Below are positions 18,570 to 27,654 of a stretch of DNA of 38,819 bases, in pieces; position 1 is the first letter of the stretch; each line of letters opens with the position of its first letter. Source of the stretch: Rhizobiaceae bacterium (lineage in GTDB: Bacteria > Pseudomonadota > Alphaproteobacteria > Rhizobiales > Rhizobiaceae); assembly GCA_051959695.1 (NCBI GenBank), contig JBQCFA010000501.1, positions 1 to 38,819 on the forward strand, read 5' to 3'. Under the pieces are notes generated by a model. It saw only the letters and a program-made list of their open reading frames with translations. It searched no databases and was not told where the DNA came from. Position numbers and translations under genes: made by a program.

Positions 18570-19316
18570 ATGATCCTAGAAGCAGCACGCCTCGCCCTCG
18601 GCAATCTCTTCACCGCGGAATTCCGCGCCGTCTTCTTCAAGACGCTCGGCCTGACCTTGCTGCTCCTGCTTGCGGCCTGGCTCGGCCTGCAGCATCTTTT
18701 CGACGCCTATGCTGTGCCGTGGATCGACGCGCTGCTGCCCGGCTCTCCCATCTGGGCGAGCTGGCTCGGCATAATCGCGGCGGTGCTGGCCGCGATAGGG
18801 CTGGCGCTCTGCCTCGCGCTGATGATCGCTCCGGTCGCTGCCATTATTGCCGGCCTGTTTCTGGATGACGTGGCGGAGATCATAGAGAAGAGCGAATATG
18901 CGCGCGACCCTCCGGGCCAAGCCTTGCCGACCATGCGGGCGGTCCTGCTTTCATTGAAATTCCTTGTGGTCGTCATCCTCGGCAACATCTTGGCGCTTTT
19001 CATGCTCCTGGTTCCGGGCGTGAACGTCGCTGCGTTCTTCCTGGTGAACGGCTACCTGCTCGGACGGGAATATTTCGAGTTCGCGGCGATGCGCTTCCGC
19101 GGCGAGGCCGAGGCGAAGGCGCTTAGGCGGCGCCATTTCGGCACCGTCTTCCTTGCTGGACTGGTGATCGCTGCCTTCCTTGCCGTGCCGGTGCTGAATC
19201 TGCTCACGCCCCTCTTCGCGGCGGCGCTGATGGTGCATCTGTACAAGATGGTGGCGGCGAGGGAGGGGACCCTCACTCGATCGGCACCAGCGGTGCCGGC
19301 ACGTCGCATGTCTTGA
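18570..19316 (+). CDS. CysZ-like / EI24-domain membrane protein
   Basis: Hydrophobic protein with 'AGLFLDDVAE', 'NGYLLGREYFE' and 'PVLNLLTPLFA'. Confidence 0.8.
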   Translation: MILEAARLALGNLFTAEFRAVFFKTLGLTLLLLLAAWLGLQHLFDAYAVPWIDALLPGSPIWASWLGIIAAVLAAIGLALCLALMIAPVAAIIAGLFLDDVAEIIEKSEYARDPPGQALPTMRAVLLSLKFLVVVILGNILALFMLLVPGVNVAAFFLVNGYLLGREYFEFAAMRFRGEAEAKALRRRHFGTVFLAGLVIAAFLAVPVLNLLTPLFAAALMVHLYKMVAAREGTLTRSAPAVPARRMS

Positions 19317-20022
19317 TCGGGGCCTTGCAGAGATCGGCGATGACGCAGCGTTCGCATTCCGGTCGTCGCGCCTTGCAGACATAGCGCCCGTGCAGGATCA
19401 GCCAGTGATGCGCATGGCGCAGGAATTCCGGCGGTATGATCCTCAGGAAGCCGGCTTCGACCTCCTCGGGCGTCTTGCCGGGGGCAAGCAGCAGGCGATT
19501 GCCGAGCCGGAAAATGTGGGTGTCGACGGCGAGCGTCGGTTCGCCGAAGACGTTGTTCAGCACGACGTTGGCCGTCTTGCGGCCGACGCCGGGCAATTTG
19601 ACCAGTTCCTCGCGGCTGTCCGGCACTTCGCCGCCATGCTCGCGCGTCAGCGCCTGCGAAAGCGCCAGCACGTTCTTCGCCTTGGCGCGCCAGAGGCCGA
19701 TCGTGCGGATATGGTCGGCGATGCCGCCTTCCCCCAGCGCCGCCATTTTCTGCGGCGTGTCGGCGATGGCGAAGAGCTTTTTCGTCGCCTTGTTGACGCC
19801 GGCGTCGGTAGCCTGCGCGGAAAGGACCACTGCCACCAGCATGGTGAAGGCGTTGGTGTAGTCGAGTTCACTCTTGGGCTCCGGCCGCTGCACGGCGAAG
19901 CGGCGGAAGATCTCGTGTATTTCCGTGGCCGTGTAGGGAATTTTGGCGCGCTTGCCGCCCCTTGCTGTGGTGCGCGCCTTTCCTTTCGCCGGTAACGTCG
20001 ATTTGCTGTTCCGCTTTTGCAT
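19273..20022 (-). CDS. nth: Endonuclease III
   Basis: 'LSAQATD', HhH motif 'LPGVGRKTANVV', 'VDTH', 4Fe-4S motif C-X6-C-X2-C-X5-C; start taken at ATG 20022. Confidence 0.95.
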   Translation of the reverse strand: MQKRNSKSTLPAKGKARTTARGGKRAKIPYTATEIHEIFRRFAVQRPEPKSELDYTNAFTMLVAVVLSAQATDAGVNKATKKLFAIADTPQKMAALGEGGIADHIRTIGLWRAKAKNVLALSQALTREHGGEVPDSREELVKLPGVGRKTANVVLNNVFGEPTLAVDTHIFRLGNRLLLAPGKTPEEVEAGFLRIIPPEFLRHAHHWLILHGRYVCKARRPECERCVIADLCKAPIKTCDVPAPLVPIE

Positions 20023-20043
20023 TCCCTCTCTATAATTCTTCCC

Positions 20044-20529
20044 ATGAGCGAGACAATCGCAGCGGACGAGCCATTCTTCCGGGCGCTTCTGCAGCCGCAC
20101 CGGTCGCTCGGCCGCACCGGCTTCATCATTCTCATGGGCGCGCTCGGCTTCGGCTCTCTGGTCACGAGCATTATCTTCCTGGTGCATGGCGCATGGCCGG
20201 TCTTCGGCTTTTGCGGCCTCGACATGCTCGGTGTCTACGTCGCCTTCCGGCTGAACTATCGGGCCGCGCGCGCCCGCGAGGAGGTGTCCCTCTCGCGCAC
20301 GCTGCTCGATATCCGCAAGGTTGCGCCTTCCGGGAAAGCAGAGGCGCACAGCTTCAATCCCTTCTGGACGCGGTTCTCGGTCAGCCGCCACAGCGAGATC
20401 GGGATCACGCGGATGTCCGTGACCTCGCGCGACGAGACCGTGCCGATCGGCAGCTTCCTCAATCCGGACGATCGCGAGAGTTTCGCGGCAGCCTTTTCGC
20501 GCGCCCTTGCGACCGCCAAGGGGCGGTAG
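20044..20529 (+). CDS. DUF2244 integral membrane protein
   Basis: 'LQPHRSL', 'GAWPVFGFCGLD', 'FNPFW', 'IGSFL'. Confidence 0.85.
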   Translation: MSETIAADEPFFRALLQPHRSLGRTGFIILMGALGFGSLVTSIIFLVHGAWPVFGFCGLDMLGVYVAFRLNYRAARAREEVSLSRTLLDIRKVAPSGKAEAHSFNPFWTRFSVSRHSEIGITRMSVTSRDETVPIGSFLNPDDRESFAAAFSRALATAKGR

Positions 20530-20636
20530 TCGCGCCAGTTTGCAACCATAGCGGGCAGGTCAGGAAACGGGTGGGAAATTCGACCCATCCCGACGATATT
20601 GCGGTCAATCGAAGTTTTAAGCCTATGGAGGCCGAC

Positions 20637-21518
20637 ATGAACGCGCAGACCGCCATCCTGCAAAACGACATCACGCCCGAAGGCGGCGACTACGAGGTGG
20701 TTCGCCGCTGCATCGAGAGGATCAGCCTCGACTACCGCGACCAGCCGTCTCTGGAAACGCTGGCCGAAGCGGTCGGTGACACGCCGACGGGCCTGCAAAA
20801 GCTCTTCACCCGCTGGGCGGGCTTGAGCCCCAAGGGCTTTCTCCAGGCAGTGACGCTCGACCACGCGCGCCGACTTCTCGATGACGGAGCGCCGCTCCTC
20901 GATGTCGCCTACGAGGTCGGCATGTCGGGTCCGGGCCGGTTGCACGATCTTTTCGTAACGCATGAGGCGATGTCGCCCGGCCACTACAAGACGCGCGGCG
21001 CCGGGCTGGCCATCCGCTACGGCTACCACATCTCGCCCTTCGGCGTGGCGCTGATCATGGTCACCGACCGCGGCCTCGCCGGGCTCGCCTTCTCCGATCC
21101 CGGCCGCGAGCGCGAAGCCTTCGCCGACATGTCGGCGCGCTGGCCGAACGCCGCCTATATCGAGGACATGTCGGCAACCGCTCCCTATGCCGGCCGCATC
21201 TTCGATCCGGTGAAATGGCGCGCCGACCAGCCGCTCAGGATCGTCATGATCGGCACCGATTTCCAGTTGCGGGTATGGGAGGCGCTGCTGAAAATCCCGA
21301 TGGGCCGCGCGGTAAGTTACTCCGCGATAGCGAGCGGCATAGGCGCGCCCGCGGCGTCGCGCGCGGTCGGCGCCGCAGTCGGGGCAAATCCGATGTCCTT
21401 CGTGGTGCCGTGCCACCGCGCGGTCGGCAAGTCCGGCGCGCTCACGGGCTACCATTGGGGCCTGACCAGGAAGCGCGCCATCCTTGGCTGGGAGGCGGGA
21501 CAGCTCGCCGGGCATTGA
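20637..21518 (+). CDS. AraC-HTH / methylated-DNA--protein-cysteine methyltransferase (Ada/Ogt-type)
   Basis: N-terminal AraC HTH 'FTRWAGLSPK', 'GTDFQLRVW', 'RAVG', active site 'VPCHR'; no N-terminal Zn-binding Ada domain; RBS GGAG. Confidence 0.9.
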   Translation: MNAQTAILQNDITPEGGDYEVVRRCIERISLDYRDQPSLETLAEAVGDTPTGLQKLFTRWAGLSPKGFLQAVTLDHARRLLDDGAPLLDVAYEVGMSGPGRLHDLFVTHEAMSPGHYKTRGAGLAIRYGYHISPFGVALIMVTDRGLAGLAFSDPGREREAFADMSARWPNAAYIEDMSATAPYAGRIFDPVKWRADQPLRIVMIGTDFQLRVWEALLKIPMGRAVSYSAIASGIGAPAASRAVGAAVGANPMSFVVPCHRAVGKSGALTGYHWGLTRKRAILGWEAGQLAGH

Positions 21519-21585
21519 GGGAGCTCTTCCAACCGGGCCTGAAAATGGTCTAGCTTCCCGGGACGCAGTTTCCGGGAAGCTCTTC

Positions 21586-22491
21586 TTGATAACCATCACA
21601 GTCGTCGGTTCCGTCAATCTGGACCTCGTCGCTACCGTCGAGCGATTGCCGGCGCCCGGCGAGACGGTAGGCGGCAGTGATTTCGGCACCACTCCCGGCG
21701 GCAAGGGCGCGAATCAGGCGCTTGCAGCGCGCCGGGCCGGGGCGCAGGTGCGAATGATCGGCGCGGTCGGCAAGGATGCCTTCGCTTCCGAGGCCCTGTC
21801 GCTCCTGGAAGAGGGCGGCGTCGACCTTTCCCATGTTCGGCGCATGCATGCCCCGACCGGGACGGCGCTGATCCTGGTCGATCCGAAAGGAGAAAACGTA
21901 ATCGCAGTCGTACCGGGCGCCAATGGCTCGGTGCTGCCCGGCGATCTTTCGGCGGCTGAACTGAAGAAAGGCGACTATCTGCTTCTCCAGCAGGAGATCC
22001 CGCTGCCGACGGTGGAAGCCGCGCTGCGCCATGCCAGGCAGGTAGGCGCGATTTCGGTCCTCAACACAGCTCCGTTCCGCCCGGAAGCGGCAGTCTTCAT
22101 CGGCGAGGCCGACTATGTCGTCGCCAACGAAACGGAGTTCGACCTCTACGCCGACGCGCTCTCGCTGGCGAAGGGCGAACGTCCCGATCGCATGTCGGCG
22201 TTCGCCCAACGAACCGGACGCACCGTCATCGTCACGCTTGGGGCGGAGGGACTGCTTGCCGCGGCGCCCGGCCAGGTGCTCTCCGTGCCGGCCCTGAAGG
22301 TGAGCCCGGTCGACACCGTCGGCGCCGGCGACACCTTCTGCGGTTATCTGGCGGCGTCGCTCGCCTCGGGCATGAAGCTGGAAAGCGCGCTGCGCCGCGC
22401 GGTCGCTGCGGCCTCGCTCGCCTGCACGAAGGAAGGCGCGCAGCCGTCGATCCCACTTGCCGCGGAAGTCGACCGTGCCATGAAAGGCTGA
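21586..22491 (+). CDS. rbsK: Ribokinase
   Basis: 'VVGSVNLD', 'PGGKGANQA', 'ANETE', 'DTVGAGDTFCG', 'GAQPSIP'; TTG start assumed. Confidence 0.88.
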   Translation: MITITVVGSVNLDLVATVERLPAPGETVGGSDFGTTPGGKGANQALAARRAGAQVRMIGAVGKDAFASEALSLLEEGGVDLSHVRRMHAPTGTALILVDPKGENVIAVVPGANGSVLPGDLSAAELKKGDYLLLQQEIPLPTVEAALRHARQVGAISVLNTAPFRPEAAVFIGEADYVVANETEFDLYADALSLAKGERPDRMSAFAQRTGRTVIVTLGAEGLLAAAPGQVLSVPALKVSPVDTVGAGDTFCGYLAASLASGMKLESALRRAVAAASLACTKEGAQPSIPLAAEVDRAMKG

Positions 22492-22501
22492 GGAGGCCGG
22501 C

Positions 22502-23116
22502 TTGGAGCTTCACACCTATCTCGCCTACCTACTCGCCACCATCGTCATCGTCATGGTGCCGGGGCCCACGGTCACGCTGGTGGTGGCGTCCGGCATGCGG
22601 CACGGCGCCCGCGCCGCGCTCCTCAATGTCGGCGGCACGCTTGCTGGCGTGGCGCTCGTCTTCGCCGTCGTCGGCATCGGCCTGGCGTCGGCGATCGCGG
22701 CGATGGGCAACTGGTTCGAGTATATCCGCTTCATCGGCGCGGCCTATCTGGTGTGGATCGGCGCGCAGATGCTCTTCTCGCATGGCGGAGCGGCGGAAGA
22801 GGCGGCGGCGCCGACACCGAGGATGGGCTTCTTCGCGCAGGGCCTGCTGGTGGCGATCAGCAACCCCAAGACCCTGTTCTTCTTCGGCGCCTTCATCCCG
22901 CAATTCATCGACCCGGGCGGCAGCTATCCGCTCCAGATCGCGATCATGGGCATCACCGCCATGTTCTTCGGCGCGCTGTCGGACAGTACCTACGCCATTG
23001 CCGCCGCGCGCGCAGGCCGGGCGCTTTCGGCGAATCGCTTCCGCATGCTGACGAGGATCGGCGGCGGCTTCCTTGTCGGCGGCGGTCTCTGGCTCGCCTT
23101 TTCGCGGGTACGTTGA
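22502..23116 (+). CDS. LysE/RhtB family amino-acid exporter
   Basis: 'PGP', 'GAAYLVWIG', 'NPK..FFFGAFIPQF'; RBS GAGGAGG before TTG. Confidence 0.9.
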   Translation: MELHTYLAYLLATIVIVMVPGPTVTLVVASGMRHGARAALLNVGGTLAGVALVFAVVGIGLASAIAAMGNWFEYIRFIGAAYLVWIGAQMLFSHGGAAEEAAAPTPRMGFFAQGLLVAISNPKTLFFFGAFIPQFIDPGGSYPLQIAIMGITAMFFGALSDSTYAIAAARAGRALSANRFRMLTRIGGGFLVGGGLWLAFSRVR

Positions 23117-24142
23117 TCAGGCGGTACGCCGAACCGTGTCGCGCCATACCAGAGGCGCCTCCAGGGAGCGGCTGGAAGCCGCCCGCTCGACGGCGGTCTC
23201 GCTCATCGTGGCGAGATCGACGACCGCGGCAGCGAGTTCCTCGACCGGCGGAGAGAAACTCGTCAGCCGATAGGAGAGCCAACTCGCCTGCTCGATGTCG
23301 TCGAAACCGATGACGCTGATTTCGTCGGGGATCAGCAGGCCGAACTCGTGCCGCGCGGTGTCGAGAAAGCCGCAGGCAATGAGATCGGTCACGCAAAAGG
23401 CCGCGTCCGGCCGGTTGGCGCCGGCGAGAAGTGCACGACCGCCGGCTATGCCGGCCTCGTAGCTGGTGCGGCCGTTGCGCGTGACCGCTACCGAGACGTC
23501 CGCCTGCCGCGCGATCTCGACGAAGGCCTGCTCGCGCGCCAACAGGCTGGGTGTGCCCGCATCCGAGGTCACCACCGCCAACCGCTTGCAGCCGGCCTTC
23601 ATGAAGGTCTCGAAGGCGGTCTGCGCCGCTAGCCGGCTGTCCAGCGAAAGATTGTAGGTGCCGGCGAGCCGGTCGTCCCGATTGATCAGGATCAGTCGCT
23701 GGCCGTTGTCGAGGCAGGTGCGGATGATCGATTGCGCCGGCGTGCCCGACAGCACGACTGTCGCGTCAGCGCGGTAGTTGAGCGTCTGCCTGAGCGCATA
23801 CTCGACATTCTCGCTTGGCCCGGTCGTATCGATGACCATCGCCACCTTGCCGGCTTCCTGCAGGTGCCGGGCAAGTGTGCGCACCATGCGCGACATGTAG
23901 GGTGTGTCGCTGTCGGCCACGACCAAGCAGACGATGCCCGTCGACTTGCGCAGGAGGCCGCGCGCCAGGTGATTGACATGGTAGCCGAGTTTCTCCGAAG
24001 CCTGGATCACGCGCTGTCGCGTCTCCTCCGAGACGCTGGCGCCCGGCGTGAAGGTACGCGAGACGGCCGACCGTGAGACACCGGCGAGTTCCGCGACCTG
24101 TTTGGCGCTGGCGAAGGCTTTGCGGGTCTTGATCTGATCCAT
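23117..24142 (-). CDS. LacI-family transcriptional regulator
   Basis: HTH 'AKQVAELAGVSRSAVSR', hinge 'YHVNHLARGL', 'SVIGFDD'; divergent from the ABC operon. Confidence 0.93.
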   Translation of the reverse strand: MDQIKTRKAFASAKQVAELAGVSRSAVSRTFTPGASVSEETRQRVIQASEKLGYHVNHLARGLLRKSTGIVCLVVADSDTPYMSRMVRTLARHLQEAGKVAMVIDTTGPSENVEYALRQTLNYRADATVVLSGTPAQSIIRTCLDNGQRLILINRDDRLAGTYNLSLDSRLAAQTAFETFMKAGCKRLAVVTSDAGTPSLLAREQAFVEIARQADVSVAVTRNGRTSYEAGIAGGRALLAGANRPDAAFCVTDLIACGFLDTARHEFGLLIPDEISVIGFDDIEQASWLSYRLTSFSPPVEELAAAVVDLATMSETAVERAASSRSLEAPLVWRDTVRRTA

Positions 24143-24244
24143 GGGGAAAACGGAGCTGAATGGCGCCATCTTGCACCGTCGCGACGGATCGAACAAGATC
24201 GCTTTCCCGATGCGCCAATCGACAGCTCCCGATCACGCAGGCGA

Positions 24245-24288
24245 TTGACAGAGGAGCCGAAGTGCATCAGGGTTGCACAGGTGTGCAA
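24245..24288 (+). promoter_or_regulatory. Promoter and LacI-type operator of the ABC/CPDase operon
   Basis: TTGACA (24245-24250), 17 nt, CAGGGT, running into the palindrome TTGCACA-GG-TGTGCAA (24273-24288). Confidence 0.7.
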
Positions 24289-24399
24289 TCGCTAGCCCGA
24301 ACCCGGGACATGTGTGTCGGAAGAGGCGGACAGGTCAAAAAAGCGATGCAAACCGCCGTTAAGGGAGGATTCGGCGATTCCACTTCAAGGGGCCAAGGC

Positions 24400-25578
24400 A
24401 TGAACGCATATTCGTCGGTCGCGGCGAGGGGTGACGCCGTGCGCCCCGGCGCGGCCGCCTCCGACCCGACGCCTTTCCTGGAGGTCGACCGCGCCAGCGT
24501 GCAATACGGCAGCACGAAGGTGCTCTCTGAACTCAGCCTCGGCGTCACGCGCGGCGAATTCGTGGCGCTGCTCGGTTCCTCGGGATGCGGCAAGACCACG
24601 CTGCTTCGTACGATCGCCGGGTTCATGATGCCGACATCCGGAGCGATTCGCGTCGGCGGCCGTGAGGTGACTCGCCAGCCACCGGACAAGCGCGGCATGG
24701 CGCTGGTCTTTCAATCCTATGCGCTTTGGCCGCACATGACGGTCGCGCGGAACATCGGATACGGCCTCAAGCTGCGCGGCAGATCGCGCCAGGAGATCGC
24801 GGCGCGCGTTACCGAGATGCAGGCACTGCTGGGCCTGGAGGGGCTCGGCGAGCGCAAGCCGGCGGAACTCTCCGGCGGTCAGCGCCAGCGCGTCGCGCTC
24901 GGCAGGGCGCTGGCGATCAGCCCGGACATCCTGCTTCTGGACGAGCCGCTCTCGAATCTCGACGCACGAATCCGCCTTACCGTCCGCCACGAGATCAGCG
25001 CGCTCCAGAAGAGGCTCGGCATCACTGCCATCCATGTTACCCACGACCGCGAGGAGGCCATGGTCATGGCGGATCGCATCGTCATTCTCGATGCCGGGCG
25101 GATAGCCCAGATCGGCACGCCGCAGGAAGTCTACAACAGGCCCTCCTCCTCCTTCGTCGCCGCCTTCATGGGCGCGGAGAACGTCGTGCCCCTCCTGGTC
25201 GAGGCGGGCGGCGAGAGGCTGCGGATCGCCGCCGGGCCGGTGAACCGCGCCGCCTCGATCCCCGCCGACGGCCGCCGGCTCGGCGGACAGGTCGTGGAGG
25301 CGCGCTTTCGCTCCGAGGCGGCGGAACTCCATGCGGCGAGTGAATTTCCGAAGGACCAGGCGACGGAGGGCGCGCTCGTGCTCGACGGCGTCGTTGCCCA
25401 GGCGAGCTATCCGGGCGGCGTCTGGCGCCACGTGGTCAAGATAGGCGACGCCTCGGTCGTCGTGGACTCGTCACATGCCTTTGCTAGCGGAGAGGCCGTG
25501 TCGGTCAAGGTGCCGGCAGGCGGGCTTTTCCTCTTCGATGCAACCGATTGCAGAAAGGGCGGGGAGGAGCTTCGCTGA
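24400..25578 (+). CDS. ABC importer ATP-binding protein (PotA/FbpC-like, with TOBE domain)
   Basis: [23 protein letters not shown]-loop 'VTHD'; start ATG 24400 is approximate. Confidence 0.9.
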   Translation: MNAYSSVAARGDAVRPGAAASDPTPFLEVDRASVQYGSTKVLSELSLGVTRGEFVALLGSSGCGKTTLLRTIAGFMMPTSGAIRVGGREVTRQPPDKRGMALVFQSYALWPHMTVARNIGYGLKLRGRSRQEIAARVTEMQALLGLEGLGERKPAELSGGQRQRVALGRALAISPDILLLDEPLSNLDARIRLTVRHEISALQKRLGITAIHVTHDREEAMVMADRIVILDAGRIAQIGTPQEVYNRPSSSFVAAFMGAENVVPLLVEAGGERLRIAAGPVNRAASIPADGRRLGGQVVEARFRSEAAELHAASEFPKDQATEGALVLDGVVAQASYPGGVWRHVVKIGDASVVVDSSHAFASGEAVSVKVPAGGLFLFDATDCRKGGEELR

Positions 25579-25633
25579 CCCTTTTGCATCGTGGCGGGTG
25601 CCGCCACGCAACGTCTGGAACTGGGAGAACACG

Positions 25634-26770
25634 ATGAAGAAGCTATTCTATGGAGCGGCCCTCGTGGCGGCTCTCGGGGCTGCGCCGGCGACGGCGACGG
25701 AACTGACTGTCATCACGGCAGGCGACCAGAACATGGTCGACTACGTCAACAACTATCTCGCGCCAATTTTCGAAAAGCAGAATCCGGGCGACACGGTGAA
25801 GGCCGTGGGCACGGGTCCGGGTGATGCCGGCTCACAGAAGATCATCGAGCGCCTGGAAGCGCAGAAGCAGGCCGGCAAGGACAAGTGGGACGTCGACGTT
25901 GCTGTCGTCCACGAAAAGGCGGCTGGCGATCTCGTCAAGGACGACCTCCTGAAGAAGTATCGCGCCGACATCGACACCGGCAAGATGGTGACGCGCGCCA
26001 ACGCCGACATGGCGCTCGGCACCGACGTCAAGGGCTATGTCATGCCCATGTTCAACAGCCAGACGGCGATCGCCTATAATCCCGCCCTGGTGCAGAATCC
26101 GCCCAAGAGCTACGCCGAACTGGCGAAGTGGGCGAAGGCGAACCCGAAGCAGTTCGGCTACAACGGCATCAAGGGCGGTATGTCGGGCGTGGCCTTCGTG
26201 GTCGGCTGGGTATATGCCAATGCCGGCGACGCCAAGACGCTTGAACAGGGGCCCTTCAAGGACGGCGAGAAGGCCGACTGGTCGAAGGCGCTGGCCTCGC
26301 TCAAGGATTTCAACCAGAACGTCACCTTCACGCCAGGGAATGCCGGAACGCTCGACATGCTGGCGCGCGGCGAGATCGCAATGGGCCCTGTCTGGGTCGA
26401 CATGTTCTATTCCTGGCAGGCCAGCGGCCAGCTTCCCCCGGACCTGAAGCTGGTGCTTCCTTCGCCCGGCATGCCCGGCCAGCCGATGCACTACGTCATC
26501 CCTGCCAAGGCCGAGCACGCCAAGCTGGCCGAGAAGTTCATCGCGCTCGCCACCAGCCCTGAGGTGCAGGCTGAGGGCATCGTGAAGAAGTTCAACTGGT
26601 ACCCGGGCATCGACGCCGATCACGTCAAGGCAAAGCTCGACGATGCCACGTGGAGCAAGCTCTTCACCGACATCTCGCCGAAGGAACTGTCCGAATACGG
26701 CAAGCCGTTCCCGATCAAGCCTTATTTCGACGGCATCCTCGAAGCCTACGAAAAGCAGGTCGCGAACTGA
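25634..26770 (+). CDS. ABC importer periplasmic substrate-binding protein (PotD/YnjB-like fold, ligand unknown)
   Basis: Signal peptide MKKLFYGAALVAALGAAPATA; 'IAYNP', 'PKSYAEL', 'LARGEI'; RBS GGGAG; operon context. Confidence 0.87.
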   Translation: MKKLFYGAALVAALGAAPATATELTVITAGDQNMVDYVNNYLAPIFEKQNPGDTVKAVGTGPGDAGSQKIIERLEAQKQAGKDKWDVDVAVVHEKAAGDLVKDDLLKKYRADIDTGKMVTRANADMALGTDVKGYVMPMFNSQTAIAYNPALVQNPPKSYAELAKWAKANPKQFGYNGIKGGMSGVAFVVGWVYANAGDAKTLEQGPFKDGEKADWSKALASLKDFNQNVTFTPGNAGTLDMLARGEIAMGPVWVDMFYSWQASGQLPPDLKLVLPSPGMPGQPMHYVIPAKAEHAKLAEKFIALATSPEVQAEGIVKKFNWYPGIDADHVKAKLDDATWSKLFTDISPKELSEYGKPFPIKPYFDGILEAYEKQVAN

Positions 26771-26783
26771 TCGTCCCGAAACC

Positions 26784-26808
26784 GCCGCCCGGAATCCTCC
26801 CGGGCGGC
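26784..26808 (+). other. GC-rich hairpin after the binding-protein gene (probable mRNA stabiliser)
   Basis: GCCGCCCGG-aatcctc-CCGGGCGGC with no U-tract. Confidence 0.55.
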
Positions 26809-26826
26809 ACTCTCCCCGGATAGTCC

Positions 26827-27654
26827 ATGCGCCGCTATCTCCCGGGCCTGCTGCTAGTCTCGCCGGCCCTCGCCATCATCGTGTTTCTGTTCCTCGTGCC
26901 GCTTGGCGGCGCGGTGTCCGGCGCCTTTCAGGAAGCCGATGGCGGCTTCAGCTTCGGCAACTTCATCAAGACCTATCAGCTCTACAGCACTGATATTGGC
27001 TTCACGGTCGTCATCGTGGCGCTGTCGGCGCTGTTGACCGCCGCCTTTTCGGTGGCGATCGCCGGTTACCTGACGCTCGGCAACAATCCGCTCGCGGTCT
27101 CCATCCTGCGCTGGCTCTATCGCTGGCCGCTCTTCATTCCTTTTATCGTCGTCGGCCAGATCCTGCGCACCTTTCTCGCCAAGAACGGACTGATGAACAA
27201 TCTCTTCGTCGCCAGCGGCCTGATCACGCCCCTGCACACGGTGGGCTTCCTCGACTGGCGCGGCATCGTCATCGCCTTCGTCTGGAAACAGACGCCCTTT
27301 GTGACGCTGCTCCTCGCCGGTGCGATGGCGTCCATCGATCGTGGCACGATCGAGGCGGCGCGCAATCTCGGCGCCTCGCGCCTGCGCATCCTCCTCGAGA
27401 TTGTGCTGCCGCAGGCCGCGCCTACGCTGATGGTGGCGCTGACGCTGAGCGTCGTCACGATGATGTCGGTGCTGTCCGTGCCCCTGATGATCGCCTCGCA
27501 ATCACCGACCATGATCACGGTGGACATGGCTTTCCGCATCAATGCCTATGGCGACTATGGCGTGGCCAATGCGCTTGGCTTGATTTCGCTTGTCCTGACC
27601 GCGGCGGTCGCCTGGATCTATCTGCGCCAGACGATGCGGGAGAATGCGCGATGA
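26827..27654 (+). CDS. ABC importer permease (PotB-like)
   Basis: Multiple TM segments, EAA loop 'IEAARNLGAS'. Confidence 0.9.
   Translation: MRRYLPGLLLVSPALAIIVFLFLVPLGGAVSGAFQEADGGFSFGNFIKTYQLYSTDIGFTVVIVALSALLTAAFSVAIAGYLTLGNNPLAVSILRWLYRWPLFIPFIVVGQILRTFLAKNGLMNNLFVASGLITPLHTVGFLDWRGIVIAFVWKQTPFVTLLLAGAMASIDRGTIEAARNLGASRLRILLEIVLPQAAPTLMVALTLSVVTMMSVLSVPLMIASQSPTMITVDMAFRINAYGDYGVANALGLISLVLTAAVAWIYLRQTMRENAR

Noticed and set aside
19273-21518. Extended N-termini of nth (to 20391) and Ada/Ogt (from 19962)
   Set aside because: The extensions overlap the DUF2244 gene and lack domain motifs; the internal ATGs fit better.
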